NCBI GenBank assembly: GCA_944386225.1
Contig: CALXAH010000001.1
Span: 108,161-172,160, forward strand
Source: an uncultured Gemmiger sp.
Lineage (GTDB): Bacteria; Bacillota; Clostridia; Oscillospirales; Ruminococcaceae
Reading direction: 5' to 3'
Length of the DNA: 64,000 nt
Shown in pieces: positions 21,940 to 30,771 of this stretch. The notes beneath the pieces were generated by a model. The model was not told the DNA's origin, searched no databases, and saw only the letters and a list, made by a program, of their open reading frames with translations. Position 1 is the stretch's first letter, and the number at the start of each line of letters is the position of its first letter. A program made the position numbers and the translations under genes.

Positions 21940-23139
21940 TTACTCCAGATATTCCACCTCATCCCGCCAGTCGATGCGGATGCGCTCCACCTCGGCCGCG
22001 GCCTTTTTCTCCAGTTCGGCCAGGCCGGGCATGGCCTCCTCCGCCGCCCGGATCTCCTCCAGGGTGGGGCGGGTCTTGGGGTGGGGCGGGGTGAAGATGG
22101 TGCAGCAATCCTCATAGGGCAGGATGCTGGTTTCAAAGGCGCCGATCGCCCGGCTGGTGGCCACGATCTCGCTCTTGTCCATGCCGATCAGCGGGCGCAG
22201 CACCGGCAGGGGCTGCACCTCGTCGGTGCAGGCCAGGGCCCGCAGGGTCTGGCTGGCCACCTGGGCCAGGCTTTCGCCGGTCACGATGGCCTGGCAGTCG
22301 ATGCTCTCGGCGATCTGGTGGGCGATGCGCAGCATACTGCGGCGCATGAGCACGGTGAACAGCGGCGCGGGGCCGTGATCCCGGATGTACTCCTGGGGCT
22401 CGGTATAGGGCACCACATACAGCACGCAGCTGCCGGTCCACTCGCTGACGATCTGGGCCAGCGCCTTGACCTTCAGCTTGGCGCGCTCGCTGGTGTAGGG
22501 CGGGCTGGCAAAGTGGATGTGATGCAGCGCCAGGCCGCGGCGGGCCATCCGCCAGGCGGCCACCGGGCTGTCGATACCGCCGCTGAGCATGTTCAGCGCC
22601 CGGCCGCTGGTACCCACCGGCAGGCCGCCCGCGCCGGGCACCTTATCCCCGTGTACGTAGGCGGCAAAGTCCCGCACCTCCACCATGACGGTCAGGTCCG
22701 GGTTGTGCACGTCCACCTTCAGATGGGGGAACCGGCTCAGCAGATACCCGCCCAATTCCCGGCTGATCTCGGGGCTCTTCATGGGGAACCGCTTGTCCGA
22801 CCGCTTGGCCTCCACCTTGAAGGTGCGGGCGGCGCGCAGGGAGCCGGCCAGGTACTCCCCGGCGGCGGCGCAGATGGCGTCGAAGTCCTTTTCGCAGACG
22901 GCGGCCCGGCTCATGGCGGCGATGCCGAACACCCGGCTCACCCGGCGGAAAGCCTCGTCCATATCCGCGTCCTCGGTTTCGGGCTCAATGTACAGGGTGC
23001 TCTGGGCCTTGTAGACCTTGAACTCCCCCAGATCCCGCAGGCGGAACCGCACCGCTTTGGCCAGGGATGCTTCAAAGGTGGCCTTGTTCAGACCTTTCAG
23101 GGCCATTTCGCCCTGGTAGCACAGGATGATCTGTTTCAT
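21940..23139 (-). CDS. thiI: tRNA 4-thiouridine(8) synthase ThiI
   Basis: 399 aa. THUMP-type N-terminus and PP-loop 'SGGIDSPVAAW'. Confidence 0.93.
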   Translation of the reverse strand: MKQIILCYQGEMALKGLNKATFEASLAKAVRFRLRDLGEFKVYKAQSTLYIEPETEDADMDEAFRRVSRVFGIAAMSRAAVCEKDFDAICAAAGEYLAGSLRAARTFKVEAKRSDKRFPMKSPEISRELGGYLLSRFPHLKVDVHNPDLTVMVEVRDFAAYVHGDKVPGAGGLPVGTSGRALNMLSGGIDSPVAAWRMARRGLALHHIHFASPPYTSERAKLKVKALAQIVSEWTGSCVLYVVPYTEPQEYIRDHGPAPLFTVLMRRSMLRIAHQIAESIDCQAIVTGESLAQVASQTLRALACTDEVQPLPVLRPLIGMDKSEIVATSRAIGAFETSILPYEDCCTIFTPPHPKTRPTLEEIRAAEEAMPGLAELEKKAAAEVERIRIDWRDEVEYLE

Positions 23140-23199
23140 GTTGTTCCTCTCGTCTTCCTTTTTAGGATACGCGCCCGGGCGGGCGCATTCTGTCGGTTT

Positions 23200-24345
23200 T
23201 CAGCGCAGCCGGGCCAGCTTTGCCAGCCCGTCCTCCAGGCCGGTGAGCAGCTCGTCAATGTCCTGTTCGGCGTTGTCGCCGCACAGGCTGATGCGCAGGG
23301 CGGTGTCGATGGCCCGGGCGGACAGCCCCATGGCCGCCAGCGTATGGCTGGCCGCCCCCTTGCTGCAGGCCGATCCGCTGGACACATACACCCGCCGCTG
23401 TTCCAGAAAATGCAGCATGGTCTCGCTGCGGATCACGTTCAGGCTGATGTTCAGAATCTCCGGCACCGCGTCGTCGGGGCTGTTCACCGTAACTTCCGGC
23501 AGTGCCGCCACACCCTGCCGCAGCCGGGCGTTCAGCGCCGCCACCCGGGCCTTGCGCTCCCGGCTGTTCGCGGCCATGAGCCGGGCGGCCTCGCCCAGGC
23601 CCACCGCATAGGGCACGTTCTCGGTGCCGGGACGGATGCCCTTTTCCTGCCCGCCGCCCAGGTACGGCGGCTCGATGTGGTAGCCCTTGCGCAGATAGAG
23701 CGCGCCGATGCCCTTGGGGGCGTGCACCTTGTGGCCGGACACGGTGAAGCTGTCCACCCCGGCCAGCGCCGCGGGCACCCGCAGCCAGGCCTGCACCCCG
23801 TCCACATGGACGGCGGTGCGGGGGTTGCGCGCCTTGACCAGGCGGGCCAGGGTCTCCACATCGGCCACCGCGCCGGTCTCGTTGTTCACCTGCATGCAGG
23901 TTACCAGGCAGGTACCCTTATCCACCCGGTCGGCCATGGCGGTCATGTCGATGCGGCCGTCCGGCCCGGGCGGCACAAACACCACCTCGAAGCCTTCCTT
24001 GCCCAGCTGTTCCACCGGCAGGGCGGCGCTGGGATGCTCGTACCCGCTGCACAGGATCTTTCTGCCCCAGCCTTTGCGGGCGATTGCCGCGCCCCGCAGC
24101 GCCAGGTTGTTGCTCTCGCTGCCGCAGGCGGTGAAGTACACCTCCCCCGGTGTGCAGCCCAGGGTTTTGGCCACCTGGGCCCGGGCCTTGCCCAGCGCCT
24201 GCTGGGCCTGCAGGCCCGGCGTATACAGCGCCGAAGGATTGGCCCACAGATCGGTCATGGCGGCGCGGATGGCGTCGGCCACCGCCGGGTCCACCCGGGT
24301 GGTGGCGGCGTTGTCCAGATAATGCAGCGTTTCGTCGTGGAGCAT
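23200..24345 (-). CDS. Cysteine desulfurase (NifS/IscS class V aminotransferase)
   Basis: PLP-lysine context 'SGHKVHAPKGIG' and active-site Cys 'SSGSACS'. AAGAGGG RBS upstream of the ATG at 24345. Adjacent to thiI. Confidence 0.92.
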   Translation of the reverse strand: MLHDETLHYLDNAATTRVDPAVADAIRAAMTDLWANPSALYTPGLQAQQALGKARAQVAKTLGCTPGEVYFTACGSESNNLALRGAAIARKGWGRKILCSGYEHPSAALPVEQLGKEGFEVVFVPPGPDGRIDMTAMADRVDKGTCLVTCMQVNNETGAVADVETLARLVKARNPRTAVHVDGVQAWLRVPAALAGVDSFTVSGHKVHAPKGIGALYLRKGYHIEPPYLGGGQEKGIRPGTENVPYAVGLGEAARLMAANSRERKARVAALNARLRQGVAALPEVTVNSPDDAVPEILNISLNVIRSETMLHFLEQRRVYVSSGSACSKGAASHTLAAMGLSARAIDTALRISLCGDNAEQDIDELLTGLEDGLAKLARLR

Positions 24346-24536
24346 GAAGGACCCTCTTTTTCGCAAAAATCACGGATGGGCAAATGCGCCCATAAAAATA
24401 CAGAATATAGTATACAACAAAATTTTCGCCCGCACAAGCCGCAGCCGGGCGGGCGGATTGTCACCGCCGCCGGAAGGTGGTACAATGAACGGGAACAAGA
24501 ATGCGCGCCGCGCAAAACTGACGGGGAGGATGCTGC

Positions 24537-26201
24537 ATGAAGACTGATATTCAGATCGCACAGGAAGCCACCATGAAACCCATCCGGGAGGTGGCCGCCG
24601 GCCTGGGCCTGACCGAGGACCAGATCGTACCCTACGGCAAGTACAAGGCCAAGATCGACCACCGGCTGCTCAAACAGCCCCACAAGGAGGGCAAGCTGAT
24701 CCTGGTGACCGCCATCAGCCCCACCCCGGCGGGCGAGGGCAAGACCACCACCAGCGTGGGCCTGGCGGACGCCATGTGCGCCATGGGCAAAAAGACCATG
24801 CTCTGCCTGCGGGAGCCCAGCCTGGGGCCGGTGTTCGGCATCAAGGGCGGCGCGGCCGGCGGCGGCTATGCCCAGGTGGTGCCCATGGAGGACATCAACC
24901 TGCATTTCACCGGTGACCTGCACGCCATCGGCGCGGCCAACAACCTGCTGGCGGCCATGGTGGACAACAGCATCTACCAGGGCAACCCTCACAACATCGA
25001 CCCCCGCCGGGTGACCTGGAAGCGCTGCGTGGATATGAACGACCGGCAGCTGCGGTATGTGACCGATGGTCTGGGCGGCAAGGTGAACGGCACCCCCCGG
25101 GAGGACGGTTTTGACATCACGGTAGCCAGCGAGGTCATGGCGATCTTCTGCCTGGCCACCGACCTGGCCGATCTGAAAGCCCGGCTGGGCCGGATCGTGG
25201 TGGGCTACACCTACGCGGGCGAGCCGGTGACCGCCGGCCAGATCGGCGCGGCGGGCGCCATGGCCGCCCTGCTGAAGGACGCCATCGACCCGAACCTGGT
25301 GCAGACGCTGGAGAACAACCCGGCCATCATCCACGGCGGACCCTTTGCCAACATTGCCCACGGCTGCAACAGCGTGATGGCCACCCGGCTGAGCCTGGCG
25401 CTGGCGGATTACGTGGTCACCGAGGCGGGCTTCGGCGCGGATCTGGGCGCGGAGAAGTTCCTGGACATCAAGTGCCGCAAGGCGGGGCTGAACCCGTCGG
25501 CGGTGGTGCTGGTGGCCACGGTGCGGGCGCTGAAGCATCACGGCGGCTGCCCCAAGGATCAGCTGGGGGTGCCCAGCGTGGACTACCTGGCCGCGGGCGT
25601 GCCCAACCTGCTGCGCCATCTGGACAACATGAAAAATCAGTTCGGCCTGCCGGTCTGCGTGGCGATCAACGCCTTCCCCACCGACAGTGCCGAGGAGCAC
25701 GAGTATCTGCGCAAGGTCTGTGCCGAGCAGGGCGTGCCCTGCGCGCTGAGCGAGGTGTTCGCCAAGGGCGGCGAGGGCGGCAGAGAGCTGGCCCAGGCGG
25801 TGCTGGATATCCTGGATGAGAACGCCCGCATCCGCTTCACCTACCCGGACGAGGCCCCGCTGGCCGACAAGGTCAAGGCGGTCTGCCAGAAGATCTACCG
25901 GGCCAAGGATGTGACCTGGGCCCCGGCCGCCCGCAAGGCGCTGGACGAGATCACCGCCCAGGGCTACGGCGATCTGCCGGTGTGCATCGCCAAGACCCAG
26001 TACAGCTTCTCGGACAACGCGGCGCTGCTGGCCGCGCCGGAAGGCTTTGTGATGAATGTGCGGGACGTGCGGCTGAGCGCCGGCGCCGGCTTTGTGGTGG
26101 TGATCATGGGCAGCATCATGACCATGCCCGGCCTGCCCAAGAAGCCCGCCGCCGAGAGCATCGACGTGGACGAGAACGGCCGCATCACCGGGTTGTTCTG
26201 A
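24537..26201 (+). CDS. fhs: Formate--tetrahydrofolate ligase
   Basis: 554 aa with P-loop '[10 protein letters not shown]'. The sequence is highly typical of Fhs from end to end. Confidence 0.97.
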   Translation: MKTDIQIAQEATMKPIREVAAGLGLTEDQIVPYGKYKAKIDHRLLKQPHKEGKLILVTAISPTPAGEGKTTTSVGLADAMCAMGKKTMLCLREPSLGPVFGIKGGAAGGGYAQVVPMEDINLHFTGDLHAIGAANNLLAAMVDNSIYQGNPHNIDPRRVTWKRCVDMNDRQLRYVTDGLGGKVNGTPREDGFDITVASEVMAIFCLATDLADLKARLGRIVVGYTYAGEPVTAGQIGAAGAMAALLKDAIDPNLVQTLENNPAIIHGGPFANIAHGCNSVMATRLSLALADYVVTEAGFGADLGAEKFLDIKCRKAGLNPSAVVLVATVRALKHHGGCPKDQLGVPSVDYLAAGVPNLLRHLDNMKNQFGLPVCVAINAFPTDSAEEHEYLRKVCAEQGVPCALSEVFAKGGEGGRELAQAVLDILDENARIRFTYPDEAPLADKVKAVCQKIYRAKDVTWAPAARKALDEITAQGYGDLPVCIAKTQYSFSDNAALLAAPEGFVMNVRDVRLSAGAGFVVVIMGSIMTMPGLPKKPAAESIDVDENGRITGLF

Positions 26202-26212
26202 TTGTGTTGCAG

Positions 26213-26260
26213 CAGGCAGGGGACGGGGCCGGTTGGCGTCGCCCCCTGCCTGTATTTTTT
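26213..26260 (+). terminator. Intrinsic terminator after fhs
   Basis: Stem CAGGCAGGGG (26213..26222) pairs with CCCCTGCCTG (26243..26252). TATTTTTT follows. Confidence 0.75.
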
Positions 26261-26279
26261 ACAGGGGATGGGATTGAGT

Positions 26280-26813
26280 ATGGAACTGTTTGAAGGCCGC
26301 CCGGCAGACTGCAGCGGGCGGCAGGATCGGGAAGTGCGGGTCTATGACCTGCTGGACAAGCTGGGTGTTGCCTACCAGCGCACCGACCATGAGGCCGCCG
26401 GCACCATGGAGGACTGCGACCGGATCGACGCGGTGCTGGAGGTGACCATCTGCAAGAACCTGTTTCTCTGCAACCGGCAGAAGACCGCGTTCTATCTGTT
26501 GATGATGCCGGGGCACAAGGCGTTCCGCACCAAGGATCTGTCGGCCCAGCTGGGGGTTGCCCGGCTGAGCTTCGGCACGCCGGAGGACATGCTGCGGCTG
26601 CTGGATCTGACCCCCGGCAGCGTGAGCGTGATGGGGCTGATGAACGACCGGGATAACCAGGTGCAGCTGGTGATTGACCGGGATGTGCTGACCGGTGAGC
26701 GCGTCGGCTGCCATCCCTGCCTGAATACCAGCAGCCTGCGGTTTGCCACCTCCGACCTGCTGGAAAAGGTATTGCCCGCCATGGGCCACAGCCCGATTCT
26801 GGTGGATCTTTAA
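26280..26813 (+). CDS. YbaK/ProX-type aminoacyl-tRNA editing (deacylase) domain protein
   Basis: 177 aa with 'CKNLFLCNRQKTAFYLLMMPGHKAF' and 'LTPGSVSVMGL', typical of the prolyl-tRNA-synthetase-associated domain. Confidence 0.8.
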   Translation: MELFEGRPADCSGRQDREVRVYDLLDKLGVAYQRTDHEAAGTMEDCDRIDAVLEVTICKNLFLCNRQKTAFYLLMMPGHKAFRTKDLSAQLGVARLSFGTPEDMLRLLDLTPGSVSVMGLMNDRDNQVQLVIDRDVLTGERVGCHPCLNTSSLRFATSDLLEKVLPAMGHSPILVDL

Positions 26814-27016
26814 CCAGGCCGCCGCGCCTGTGTTGCCCAAATATTACACAATCTTTGCCTTTTCTGACATTCTATCTTGTATGCACCCTGTATTTTTGGG
26901 ATGATAATTACTACTGTAAAGTGTTTCCGGCCACCGGAACACGCCTTGCAGAGCATCGCGCCGGGCAGAAGGCGGGGGGCCTTTTGCCTGTTTTTGTTTC
27001 AAGGGGGGCATCGGTT

Positions 27017-27766
27017 ATGTATGAGATCGCTGTGGTGGAGGACGACGCAGTCGATCGTGAACGTCTGGTAGAACTTTTGCGGCAGCAATGCGGCGCTGCC
27101 GCCCATATCACCGTGGCAGACCCGGGGTTTGAACCGGAGACCTGCGCATTCACGCCGGACATTCTGTTTCTGGATGTGCTGCTGGGTACCCAGAGCGGCA
27201 TCCGCCTGGCGGAGGTTGCCAACCGGCTGTGGCCCCGCTGCCAGGTAATTTTTGTGACCGGGCGGCTGGAATACGCCCCGGATCTGTATCAGGCCCGGCA
27301 TCTGTGCCTGCTGAGCAAGGCCCGTCTGGAGGAATTGCTGCCCGGCGCGCTGCATCGCGCGTTCACGGCCCTGGATGCGGACGATACCCCTCTGCTGGCG
27401 GTCGCCCAGAAAAACGGCGAGGTCATTATTCCGCAAAAGGACATTCTGTATGTGGAGCGGCGGCTGCGCATCTCCTACATTCATTCGACGCTGCGCACCG
27501 TAACCACCGGCCGTCGCCTGGATGAACTGGCCGGCGATCTGCAGCCGGGCCGTTTTGCGCTGTGCCACAACAGCTTTCTGGTCAATCTGGCCCAGGTGCG
27601 CCGGCTGCAGCGCAATCAGGTTCTGCTGACCGGCGGGGTAGTGCTGCCGGTATCCCGCTCTCAGTTCGGGCCTTTCCGGGAGGCGCTGGGCCGCCATATC
27701 GGCATTGATCTGGCCCATCACGGGGTTTCCGTGCTGCCGGAAGATCCGGACCCGGAAACCACCTGA
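27017..27766 (+). CDS. LytTR/AgrA-family response regulator
   Basis: Receiver domain ('IAVVEDD', 'DILFLDV') plus a LytTR DNA-binding C-terminus ('ILYVERR...HNSFLVNLAQV'). Confidence 0.88.
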   Translation: MYEIAVVEDDAVDRERLVELLRQQCGAAAHITVADPGFEPETCAFTPDILFLDVLLGTQSGIRLAEVANRLWPRCQVIFVTGRLEYAPDLYQARHLCLLSKARLEELLPGALHRAFTALDADDTPLLAVAQKNGEVIIPQKDILYVERRLRISYIHSTLRTVTTGRRLDELAGDLQPGRFALCHNSFLVNLAQVRRLQRNQVLLTGGVVLPVSRSQFGPFREALGRHIGIDLAHHGVSVLPEDPDPETT

Positions 27767-27803
27767 CCGCTTTCCGTTCTGGCAAAACACGCCTTTATAT
27801 TGT

Positions 27804-27840
27804 CAGCCGGCGCTGTACCAGTCGCCGGCTGTTTTTGTTT
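27804..27840 (+). terminator. Intrinsic terminator between the response-regulator and kinase genes
   Basis: 9-bp stem: CAGCCGGCG (27804..27812) pairs with CGCCGGCTG (27823..27831). TTTTTGTTTT follows. Confidence 0.75.
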
Positions 27841-27876
27841 TCCGACTTTTTCCGTTTTATACGAAAGGAGCCGCCT

Positions 27877-29187
27877 ATGTCTGTTCTGAGCACGGTATGC
27901 CGGTTTGCGACCATTGCCGTCATTCAGTGCATCGTACTGCTCAGCCTGCGCCGCTGTGTGCCTGCGGGCCGGCTGTTCTGGCCCTGTACCGGGCTGATGG
28001 TCCTGCTGTCCGCTTTGGGGGTCTGCCCGCCTTTCTCCCTGTCTCCGTTTGTATCCGCCCTGGCGCTGGTGCTGGAACCCCTCTGCCTTACCCTGCCCTT
28101 CCGCCCCCGCGCCCGGGAATCGGTCACCTGCTTCTTTCTGATCTTTTATCCCTTTGTCCTGTTCATGATCCTGTACGAGCTGGCCCTGACGCTGGCAGGC
28201 TTCACCGTGCTGTTTGTGCCTCTCACCTGGCGCCAGATCCCCGGTACTGTTCTGCGGCTTCTTCCGGTTCTGGGCGGGCTGTGGGTATTCTGCCGCCTGC
28301 CGTCCTGGTTTTCCGCCTGGCGGCGGCTGCCGGTCTGGGTGCCCATCGGCCTGATGACGGCCGACCGGCTGGGCGGGCTGTTTTCCCTGGGGATGGAGGC
28401 CCGTGGCCTGATCCCCAGCAGCGGCCTTTCTCTGGATTCACTGCTGCTGTTGGGCTGCTTTTCCTCGGTGGTTCTGGTACTGGGAATTGCCGCGGCGCTG
28501 CTGGTCCGGCAGGACCGGCGCAGCACCCGGCTGTATATCGAGCAGCTGGAACGGCAGCGGCGGCTGGAGCTGGACTATTACCGCAGCCTGTCCGACACAT
28601 TGCAGGAGTTCCGGCTGCTGCGGCATGATCTGCGCCATTACCTGAACCTGCTGGGGGACGCCCCGGCCCAGCTGCGCCAGGATCTGCAGGCCACCCTGGA
28701 TCACGCCGGGCAGGTGGAGCTGTGCGGCGACCCGTACCTGAACGCGGTGCTGTTCGGTAAAATGCGCCTGGCCCGGGAAAAGCAGGTGCACCTGGAAGCC
28801 CGGGCCGCCCTGGACGGCCCCGCCCCGGTATCCGGCTCCGCGCTGATCTGCGCCGCCTCCAACCTGCTGGAAAACGCGCTGGAAGCCGCCCATCCCGGGG
28901 AGACGGTGGAGCTGACCGCCGTTTGCCGGGCCGGAATGCTGGTGATGGAGATTACCAATCCCCTGCATGAGGGGGATATCTTCCCACCGCGACAGGGGTT
29001 CAGCCGCAAGGGCGGTTCACTGCATGGACTGGGGATTACCAGTGTGCGCCGGGTACTGGCTGAGGCGGACGGTTCCCTGACGCTGGAGACTCGGGAAGGC
29101 CGGGCGGTAGCCCGGGTGCTGCTGCCCTGCCTGCCGCCGGACGCATGCACCGACGCGGCACGCCCTCACCCGTTGAACGATCTTTGA
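27877..29187 (+). CDS. AgrC/ComD-like (HPK10-type) membrane sensor histidine kinase
   Basis: About 6 TM helices. H-box 'LRHDLRHYLNLL' and GHKL ATPase motifs 'NLLENALEA' and 'HGLGITSVRR'. AAGGAG RBS upstream of the ATG at 27877. Confidence 0.8.
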   Translation: MSVLSTVCRFATIAVIQCIVLLSLRRCVPAGRLFWPCTGLMVLLSALGVCPPFSLSPFVSALALVLEPLCLTLPFRPRARESVTCFFLIFYPFVLFMILYELALTLAGFTVLFVPLTWRQIPGTVLRLLPVLGGLWVFCRLPSWFSAWRRLPVWVPIGLMTADRLGGLFSLGMEARGLIPSSGLSLDSLLLLGCFSSVVLVLGIAAALLVRQDRRSTRLYIEQLERQRRLELDYYRSLSDTLQEFRLLRHDLRHYLNLLGDAPAQLRQDLQATLDHAGQVELCGDPYLNAVLFGKMRLAREKQVHLEARAALDGPAPVSGSALICAASNLLENALEAAHPGETVELTAVCRAGMLVMEITNPLHEGDIFPPRQGFSRKGGSLHGLGITSVRRVLAEADGSLTLETREGRAVARVLLPCLPPDACTDAARPHPLNDL

Positions 29188-29190
29188 TTC

Positions 29191-29245
29191 AAAGAAAAAC
29201 AGCCGGGCGCTCCCCATTTACGCGGGAGCGCCCGGCTGTTTGCTT
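29191..29245. terminator. Bidirectional terminator
   Basis: Perfect 17-bp stem (29198..29214 pairs with 29224..29240). Flanked by an A-rich tract on the left and TGCTTG on the right. Confidence 0.8.
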
Positions 29246-29342
29246 GCGGGCAGGGCCCGCCCGGCGGTTGCTGGTCCACCGGACGGACTCTATAGGGGGC
29301 ACGGACGGCTATGCGCCGCCCGCACTCTGCCCGGTGAACCCG

Positions 29343-29645
29343 TCATGCCGAGCGAAGCGCCGGGCGACGGGTCTTATGGGAAGCGGCGGAGCAAAAGGGT
29401 GCGGACACCGTTTTCACCCCGGCCGGCCGGGCAGCTTGCCGGTGCAGCCGCACAACACGGGCAGCCGCGGCGCGGCGCTGTGTTCTGCGGGCCAGATACG
29501 AAGCACGGCGGGCCGCAAGGCCCAGCAGCACAAGGATGGCCAGTGCCGCAGGCACAGGCAGGGTATCCTCGATCAGGGCGCCCGCCGCCGGGAACAACCC
29601 CAGTACGGCCAGTATGGCAGCACATTGCAGCAGATAGCGTTTCAT
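29343..29645 (-). CDS. Small membrane protein with two predicted TM helices and an Arg-rich tail; no recognisable family
   Basis: AAGGAGG lies 8 nt upstream of the ATG. Hydrophobic segments 'YLLQCAAILAVLGLFPAAGALI' and 'LPVPAALAILVLLGLAA'. A promoter and operators lie upstream. The true C-terminus is uncertain. Confidence 0.5.
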   Translation of the reverse strand: MKRYLLQCAAILAVLGLFPAAGALIEDTLPVPAALAILVLLGLAARRASYLARRTQRRAAAARVVRLHRQAARPAGVKTVSAPFCSAASHKTRRPALRSA

Positions 29646-29689
29646 CGCGATGACCTCCTTGTTTTGGGTGACATTGCTTCGTTGGGTTT

Positions 29690-29718
29690 ATCATAATACA
29701 ACTCGCAGTTGTTGTCAA
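29690..29718 (-). promoter_or_regulatory. Sigma-A-type promoter for the small membrane-protein gene
   Basis: On the minus strand: TTGACA (29713..29718), a 17-nt spacer, then TATGAT (29690..29695). Overlapped by operators O1 and O2. Confidence 0.6.
29698..29712. promoter_or_regulatory. Operator-like palindrome O1
   Basis: ACAACT-CGC-AGTTGT, perfect 6+6 inverted repeat. Confidence 0.65.
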
Positions 29719-29733
29719 GCGTATTTTGACAAC
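29711..29733. promoter_or_regulatory. Operator-like palindrome O2
   Basis: GTTGTCAA-GCGTATT-TTGACAAC, perfect 8+8 inverted repeat. It shares the GTTGT/ACAAC half-site with O1 and O3. Confidence 0.65.
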
Positions 29734-29761
29734 TTTTTTTAGTTTAATTTTGGAATTCCCC

Positions 29762-29790
29762 TTTACATGCACTACGATTAGTTGTATAAT
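29762..29790 (+). promoter_or_regulatory. Sigma-A-type promoter of the XRE-S24 repressor gene
   Basis: TTTACA (29762..29767), a 17-nt spacer, then TATAAT (29785..29790). The -10 box sits inside palindrome O3. Confidence 0.65.
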
Positions 29791-29795
29791 ACAAC
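29781..29795. promoter_or_regulatory. Operator-like palindrome O3
   Basis: GTTGTATAATACAAC, a perfect 15-nt palindrome around the -10 box. Confidence 0.65.
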
Positions 29796-29815
29796 CATGC
29801 AAAGGAGGGAGTAGT

Positions 29816-30430
29816 ATGTTCAGTGAACGCCTGAAAGCTCTCCGCAAAGAACGAAAGCTCAGCCAGGCCGCCCTCTCCGCCCAGCTGGGGGTAACGCAGC
29901 AGGCCGTGGGCAAATGGGAGACCGGCCGTTCCACACCGGATCCGGCCACTGTGGCCCGCCTGGCCGCACTGCTGGGCACCACAACCGACATGCTGCTGGG
30001 GGTATCCCCCGCGCCGCAGGATTTCGGCGGCCCGGTGGGCGCCTATATGGAAAGCCCGGTGCCGGTGGTGGGCAGCGTGCGCGCCGGGTACGGGGCGCTG
30101 GCCTTTGAAGAGGATTACGGCACCGAACCCGCCCCCGTGAAAGACCCGGAGAATTACTTCTACCTGGTGGTCAAGGGCGACAGCATGGAACCCCGCATCC
30201 ACGACGGGGATTACGCGCTGGTGCGCCGTCAGCCTACCCTGAACAACGGGGATCTGGGCGTGATGGTCTTTGACGAGGGTGAGGGTACCCTGAAACGGTA
30301 CATCCGCCGGGGCAATGCGGTAATTCTGCAGCCCTTCAACCCGGACTATCCGGAAAAGGTCATCCGGGGCGCGGATCTGGAGCGGCTGTACATTGCCGGC
30401 AAGGTGGTCGAGACCAAGACCAAGTGGTAA
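29816..30430 (+). CDS. XRE-family HTH plus S24 (LexA/CI-like) self-cleaving peptidase-domain repressor
   Basis: HTH_XRE 'LSQAALSAQLGVTQQAVGKWETG'. Ala-Gly cleavage context 'SVRAGYG', Ser in 'KGDSMEP' and Lys in 'GTLKRY'. AAAGGAGGGAG RBS. Confidence 0.88.
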   Translation: MFSERLKALRKERKLSQAALSAQLGVTQQAVGKWETGRSTPDPATVARLAALLGTTTDMLLGVSPAPQDFGGPVGAYMESPVPVVGSVRAGYGALAFEEDYGTEPAPVKDPENYFYLVVKGDSMEPRIHDGDYALVRRQPTLNNGDLGVMVFDEGEGTLKRYIRRGNAVILQPFNPDYPEKVIRGADLERLYIAGKVVETKTKW

Positions 30431-30771
30431 GGCGCCGGTCGGGGCGTTTTGCCTTTCCGGCCTGTCTGTATTCTAGCATGCGGGCAGGGCGATAAATCGG
30501 ATTATCAAAAGGGCCGCGGCGGGATTTTCCGCGGCGGCCCGGGTTTTCCGCCCTTTTCGAAAAGAAGAGCGGAGGGCCTGGTTTTTTGCGGCCTTTTTGC
30601 GAAAAGGCCGCGCGCCCGGCGCGGAGAATGGGAAGCCCGCGCCCGGCGCGCCGAAGCGGTGCGGCAAAGCCAGCAGCTTTTCCGCGCAGCGCTGCATCCG
30701 GCAGCGGTCAGGGGGCCCGCCGCCTTTGTTCCGGCATACCGGCCGGAACGGAGAGGGACGGGCCTTTTTCT

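Noticed and set aside
24367-24536. Possible ZTP (pfl) or THF riboswitch upstream of fhs
   Set aside because: A good promoter (TTGTCA, 17-nt spacer, TACAAT near 24459..24487) leaves only about 45 nt of leader. I could not find the conserved pfl-motif blocks. The CCGGGCGG-like strings lie upstream of the -10 box.
26814-29342. Whether this is a complete agr-like quorum-sensing locus
   Set aside because: Only the AgrA-like and AgrC-like genes are present. I found no AgrB-like membrane protease and no plausible 40-50-aa AgrD-like precursor ORF with an RBS in the flanks.
29816-30430. Whether this gene is canonical LexA or a prophage CI repressor
   Set aside because: The N-terminal domain is an XRE-type HTH, not the LexA winged helix. 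No GAAC-N4-GTTC (Cheo) box is present. No integrase, excisionase or phage structural or replication genes flank the locus.
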